Shown: positions 60,717 to 64,000 of the stretch, in pieces
How the letters are laid out: each line of letters begins with the position of its first letter
How positions within the stretch are numbered: position 1 is the first letter of the stretch
Origin: Armatimonadota bacterium
GTDB lineage: Bacteria; Armatimonadota; SYMT01
Direction of reading: 5' to 3'
DNA: 64,000 bases
NCBI GenBank assembly: GCA_041690135.1
Contig: JAWLHY010000017.1
Coordinates: 96,001 to 160,000 of the forward strand
Made by a program: the position numbers and the translations under genes
The notes under the pieces: generated by a model
The model's database searches: none
Told to the model about the DNA's origin: nothing
What the model saw: the letters and a program-made list of their open reading frames with translations, nothing else

Positions 60717-61103
60717 CTAGGCGGTTGGCGGACCTCGCCGGATAGGAGTTGCGGCGAGGTAGTGAGTAGGTGGGGCGAACTCGACCTCAAGTCCACGAGC
60801 AAGTGCCGTGGCGCTCGGTGATTGCACCGGCTTCGAGATCAGCGTGCGGGCGGAACGACTGAGGAGCGGCATCCGCCGGAAGCGGCGACAAACGGACTTT
60901 GCCACCGAATGACCGGTCTGGTGCTCTTCTTCCTCATGGCCCTGATTTTGGGCCGGCGCCTGGTTGCTGATCGGATGAGCCTGGCCCGTCTGGAGCATCA
61001 GCATCACCTGGGGTGACGCACCGAAATGCACCAGCGGTAACACCACTGCTAGCCAAACTATCAGCCAGAACTGGTTTGTAGGGCGTTTGCGCAAGGGCGT
61101 CAT
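60717..61103 (-). CDS. Small membrane-targeted protein with His/Glu-rich linker and C-terminal RGPP motif (putative ribosome arrest leader peptide)
   Basis: Basic N-region, hydrophobic FWLIVWLAVVLPLVHF, GHEEEEHQTGH, ends PIRRGPPTA-stop; alternative TTG start at 61118. Confidence 0.65.
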   Translation of the reverse strand: MTPLRKRPTNQFWLIVWLAVVLPLVHFGASPQVMLMLQTGQAHPISNQAPAQNQGHEEEEHQTGHSVAKSVCRRFRRMPLLSRSARTLISKPVQSPSATALARGLEVEFAPPTHYLAATPIRRGPPTA

Positions 61104-61392
61104 ACCGGAGTGGGTCAAAGCGTCGTCGATGTCGTTCCCAACGGGTTGAGGTCTTGGGTGGAGGGTTCCCCACAGAGAACCATCTTACACCACTAACCCA
61201 TCTGAATGATAGCCCGCCCGCACCCCAGCGTCAACCGTGAGATTGGCTGTCGCTTAACCGTTTCCCCAGAAAAATCGTAGCGGACGTTCGGCCGCGGGGT
61301 GGTGGCTACTCCCGCATTATATGTCGGCTGGAAACGCCGAATGCTTAAACTGTCACGAGCTGATTGAGGTCTGGTAGGAGCCAGAGGTCGGG

Positions 61393-61432
61393 TTAAGCCG
61401 GATTTAAGCCGGTTCTCCGCTGCCGTTAAGCC
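61393..61432 (+). promoter_or_regulatory. Pho-box-like direct repeats upstream of pstS
   Basis: TTAAGCC at 61393, 61404 and 61426 (11-bp phase); -10-like taccat at 61441. Confidence 0.7.
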
Positions 61433-61598
61433 CCATTGCATACCATTCAAGCGCCGGAGGTCACCCCGCCCCGGAGGTTAGGCCTATCGGGGATCAGCGG
61501 GCGCCCTAAGCCCTTTTGCGGGGGTGGGCGCCTTTGCCTCAACTCACTACGACCCTGCCCGGCTGCGAAGTGCCTTTCAGGGGAGGAGAAAGAATTCA

Positions 61599-62582
61599 AT
61601 GAACCGACGTGATGTCCTCGTGGCCGGCGCCATCCTCGTGGGTGGTGGTGCCCGCCCGCTGTTTGCGCAGGGCCTGTCCAGCACCATCAAAGTGGATGGG
61701 TCCAGCACCGTCTTCCCGATCACCGAGGCGGTAGCCGAAGAGTTCCAGAAGAGGAACCCGCGTGTGAAGGTGACCGTGGGCATCAGCGGCACGGGTGGCG
61801 GGTTCAAGAAGTTCGGGGCGGGTGAAACGGACATTTCCGACGCCTCCCGACCGATCAAAAAGACAGAGGCCGCCCTGTGCGCGCGGAAGGGAATCGGCTA
61901 CATCGAGCTGCCGGTGGCCTTCGATGCCCTATCGGTGGTGGTGAATCCGCAGAACACCTGGGCGAGCACGCTGACTGTGGCTGAGCTCAAGAAGATCTGG
62001 GAGCCCGCCGCGCAGGGCAAGATCACGAATTGGAACCAGGTGCGGCCGGGCTTCCCCAACCTGCCGCTGAAGCTTTACGGTCCCGGCGCTGATTCCGGCA
62101 CGTTCGACTACTTCACCGAGGCGATCAACGGCAAAGAAAAGGCGAGCCGTGGAGACTTCACGGCGAGCGAGGATGACAACATCCTGGTGCAGGGGGTATC
62201 TCGCGACCGCGGCGGTCTTGGCTACTTCGGAATGGCCTACTACCTGGAAAACCGCAGCAAGCTGAAGGCCGTGGGAGTCGATGGGGGCAAGGGGCCGCAG
62301 ATGCCGACTCCGCAGAATGTGGAGAAGGGCATCTACCAGCCGCTGGCTCGGCCGATCTTCATCTACGTGAGCACGAAATCGGTGGCCCGGCCGGAGGTCA
62401 GGGCGTTTGTCGATTTCTACCTGGCACATGCGGGCGGGCTGGTCAGGGAAGTCGGCTACGTACCGCTGCCCAAGAACGTCTACGCCCTGGCACAGAAGCG
62501 GTTTGCCGCGAAGAAGACCGGCTCCCTGTTCGAAGGCGGCTCCGAAATCGGCGTCACCCTCGAGGATCTGCTGAAGCGGTAG
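61599..62582 (+). CDS. pstS: Phosphate ABC transporter substrate-binding protein
   Basis: [52 protein letters not shown]; RBS ggagg. Confidence 0.95.
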   Translation: MNRRDVLVAGAILVGGGARPLFAQGLSSTIKVDGSSTVFPITEAVAEEFQKRNPRVKVTVGISGTGGGFKKFGAGETDISDASRPIKKTEAALCARKGIGYIELPVAFDALSVVVNPQNTWASTLTVAELKKIWEPAAQGKITNWNQVRPGFPNLPLKLYGPGADSGTFDYFTEAINGKEKASRGDFTASEDDNILVQGVSRDRGGLGYFGMAYYLENRSKLKAVGVDGGKGPQMPTPQNVEKGIYQPLARPIFIYVSTKSVARPEVRAFVDFYLAHAGGLVREVGYVPLPKNVYALAQKRFAAKKTGSLFEGGSEIGVTLEDLLKR

Positions 62583-62589
62583 CTTCCGG

Positions 62590-62630
62590 GAGGGGCCTGC
62601 GGATCCCGATCCCGGGGCCACAGGCCCCTC
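62590..62630 (+). terminator. Hairpin between pstS and pstC (terminator or mRNA stabiliser)
   Basis: gaggggcctg / caggcccctc 10-bp stem. Confidence 0.5.
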
Positions 62631-62652
62631 TCGCACCTGGAGAGGGGCAGAT

Positions 62653-62672
62653 TTAAGCTGCTGTTAAGCTGC
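62653..62672 (+). promoter_or_regulatory. Pho-box-like direct repeat upstream of pstC
   Basis: TTAAGCTGC at 62653 and 62664 (11-bp period); -10-like tatgct at 62691. Confidence 0.65.
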
Positions 62673-62796
62673 GAAGCGGAAGGCATCGCTTATGCTCTGA
62701 ACGCGTCCGGTACACTATCTGGAACCGTCCAGGATCAGGTGGAAAGTGCCGGTGTCGCTGCCGGATCGTTGCCGTTTCGACGGACATTGAGAGTTC

Positions 62797-63699
62797 ATGG
62801 CACAGGATTTACGGAAACGTCGCATCCGGTGGGATGACCTGATCGTTAAGAGCATCCTCTTTGCGTGTGCGGCCGTGTCGGTGATCACCACGCTGGGAAT
62901 CGTGCTGGTGCTGCTGACGGAGAGCCTCAAGTTCTTCCAGGAGGTTTCGCCGGTCCGCTTCCTCACGGAGCGTGAGTGGACTCCGCTGTTTGCGGAGAAG
63001 CGCTTCGGGGTCATGCCTCTGGTTTCCGGAACGCTGCTCACCTCGCTCGTGGCGCTGCTCGTCGCCACTCCTCTGGGCCTGCTGGTGGCGGTATATCTCT
63101 CGGAATACGCCCCGCCCGGGGTACGCCGCTGGGTCAAACCGGTCCTGGAGTTCCTGGCGGGGATTCCGACGGTGGTCTACGGCTACTTCGCACTCCTTTT
63201 TGTTACCCCGCTGCTGCAGCGTTTCATCCCGAATCTGGAACCGTTCAACGCGCTTGCAGCGGGCCTGGTGATGGGAGTGATGATCCTGCCGATGATCGCC
63301 TCGCTAAGTGAAGATGCGATGTATGCCGTGCCCAACAGCCTCCGGGATGCGGCTTACGGCCTGGGATACACGCGACTGCAGACCGTCTGGAAGATCGTGT
63401 TTCCGGCGGCCCTATCCGGGATTAGCGCCGCCGTCATTCTTGGCCTCTCCCGCGCGGTCGGCGAAACCATGATCGTGGCGATCGCAGCGGGTCAGCAGCC
63501 CAACCTCACGGCGAACCCGCTGCAGGCGGTCATGACGCTCACGGCCTACATTGTCCAGGTGAGCCTGGGGGACACCCCCCACGGCACCCTGGAATACCAC
63601 ACGATTTTCGTGGTAGGGCTCACGCTGTTTGCGATCACGTTGCTGCTCAACTCGATCGCCCTGGCCCTGCGGGAACGCTACCGGAGCGTATACTCGTGA
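62797..63699 (+). CDS. pstC: Phosphate ABC transporter permease PstC
   Basis: [45 protein letters not shown]. Confidence 0.96.
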   Translation: MAQDLRKRRIRWDDLIVKSILFACAAVSVITTLGIVLVLLTESLKFFQEVSPVRFLTEREWTPLFAEKRFGVMPLVSGTLLTSLVALLVATPLGLLVAVYLSEYAPPGVRRWVKPVLEFLAGIPTVVYGYFALLFVTPLLQRFIPNLEPFNALAAGLVMGVMILPMIASLSEDAMYAVPNSLRDAAYGLGYTRLQTVWKIVFPAALSGISAAVILGLSRAVGETMIVAIAAGQQPNLTANPLQAVMTLTAYIVQVSLGDTPHGTLEYHTIFVVGLTLFAITLLLNSIALALRERYRSVYS

Positions 63700-64000
63700 C
63701 ACAGCTAACGGCAACCGGCAACATGCCGGCCCAACGGGACCTTGTCGGTGGGAGCGAAGGGCGGAAGCGCCAGCTCAAAGAATGGGCCTTTCAGTTGGCT
63801 TCGCTGACCGCCATCATGGTGGCGATCGTCGTCCTGATCGCCCTGATCGCCGACATCATGGTCGACGCCCTGCCCCGGTTGAAGCCGGAGTTCTTCACGA
63901 ACTTTCCTTCGCGCCGCGCCGCACAGGCAGGGATCAAGTCGTCGCTGGTCGGCAGCATCTACCTGATGTTCCTAACCGGAGCCTTCTCCGCTCCCCTGGG
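63696..64000 (+). CDS. pstA: Phosphate ABC transporter permease PstA (3' part outside window)
   Basis: GTG overlapping the pstC stop; translates to ...[26 protein letters not shown]..., open to the window end. Confidence 0.9.
   Translation, partial: MTQLTATGNMPAQRDLVGGSEGRKRQLKEWAFQLASLTAIMVAIVVLIALIADIMVDALPRLKPEFFTNFPSRRAAQAGIKSSLVGSIYLMFLTGAFSAPL

Overview
High-GC bacterial chromosomal window with about 43 CDS. I saw no rRNA, tRNA, CRISPR array or transposase. Two SLH-coiled-coil-beta-barrel porins, a TolC-dependent RND pump, and planctomycete-type DUF1553/DUF1501 genes suggest a diderm organism, plausibly Armatimonadota (inference). Contents in order: DUF1611 (partial), PHP phosphatase, a 2000-aa M36 metalloprotease with 12 FN3 repeats, HtrA, OSBS/NAAAR-type enolase, Mn-SOD, two large secreted Ig-repeat proteins, ligA, sugar-catabolic enzymes, a DUF1549/1553-DUF1501 pair, a GH36-like glycosidase, a GT2/GT-C pair, an MlrC-like peptidase/amidase/MFS cluster, PadR plus an RND operon whose adaptor has an unusually long coiled coil, REP-like repeats, and a phosphate locus (SLH-OprP-like porin, pstSCA) interrupted by a carbonic anhydrase-SulP operon. 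The strongest novelty candidate is a small membrane-targeted, His/Glu-rich ORF ending in an RGPP ribosome-arrest-type motif. It lies upstream of a ~450-nt structured leader and the carbonic anhydrase-SulP operon. Other notable signals are an 11-bp-period TTAAG Pho-box-like motif at three promoters, a shared basic C-terminal domain on three giant secreted proteins, a palindromic in-frame insertion in the DUF1553 gene, and a candidate PadR operator.
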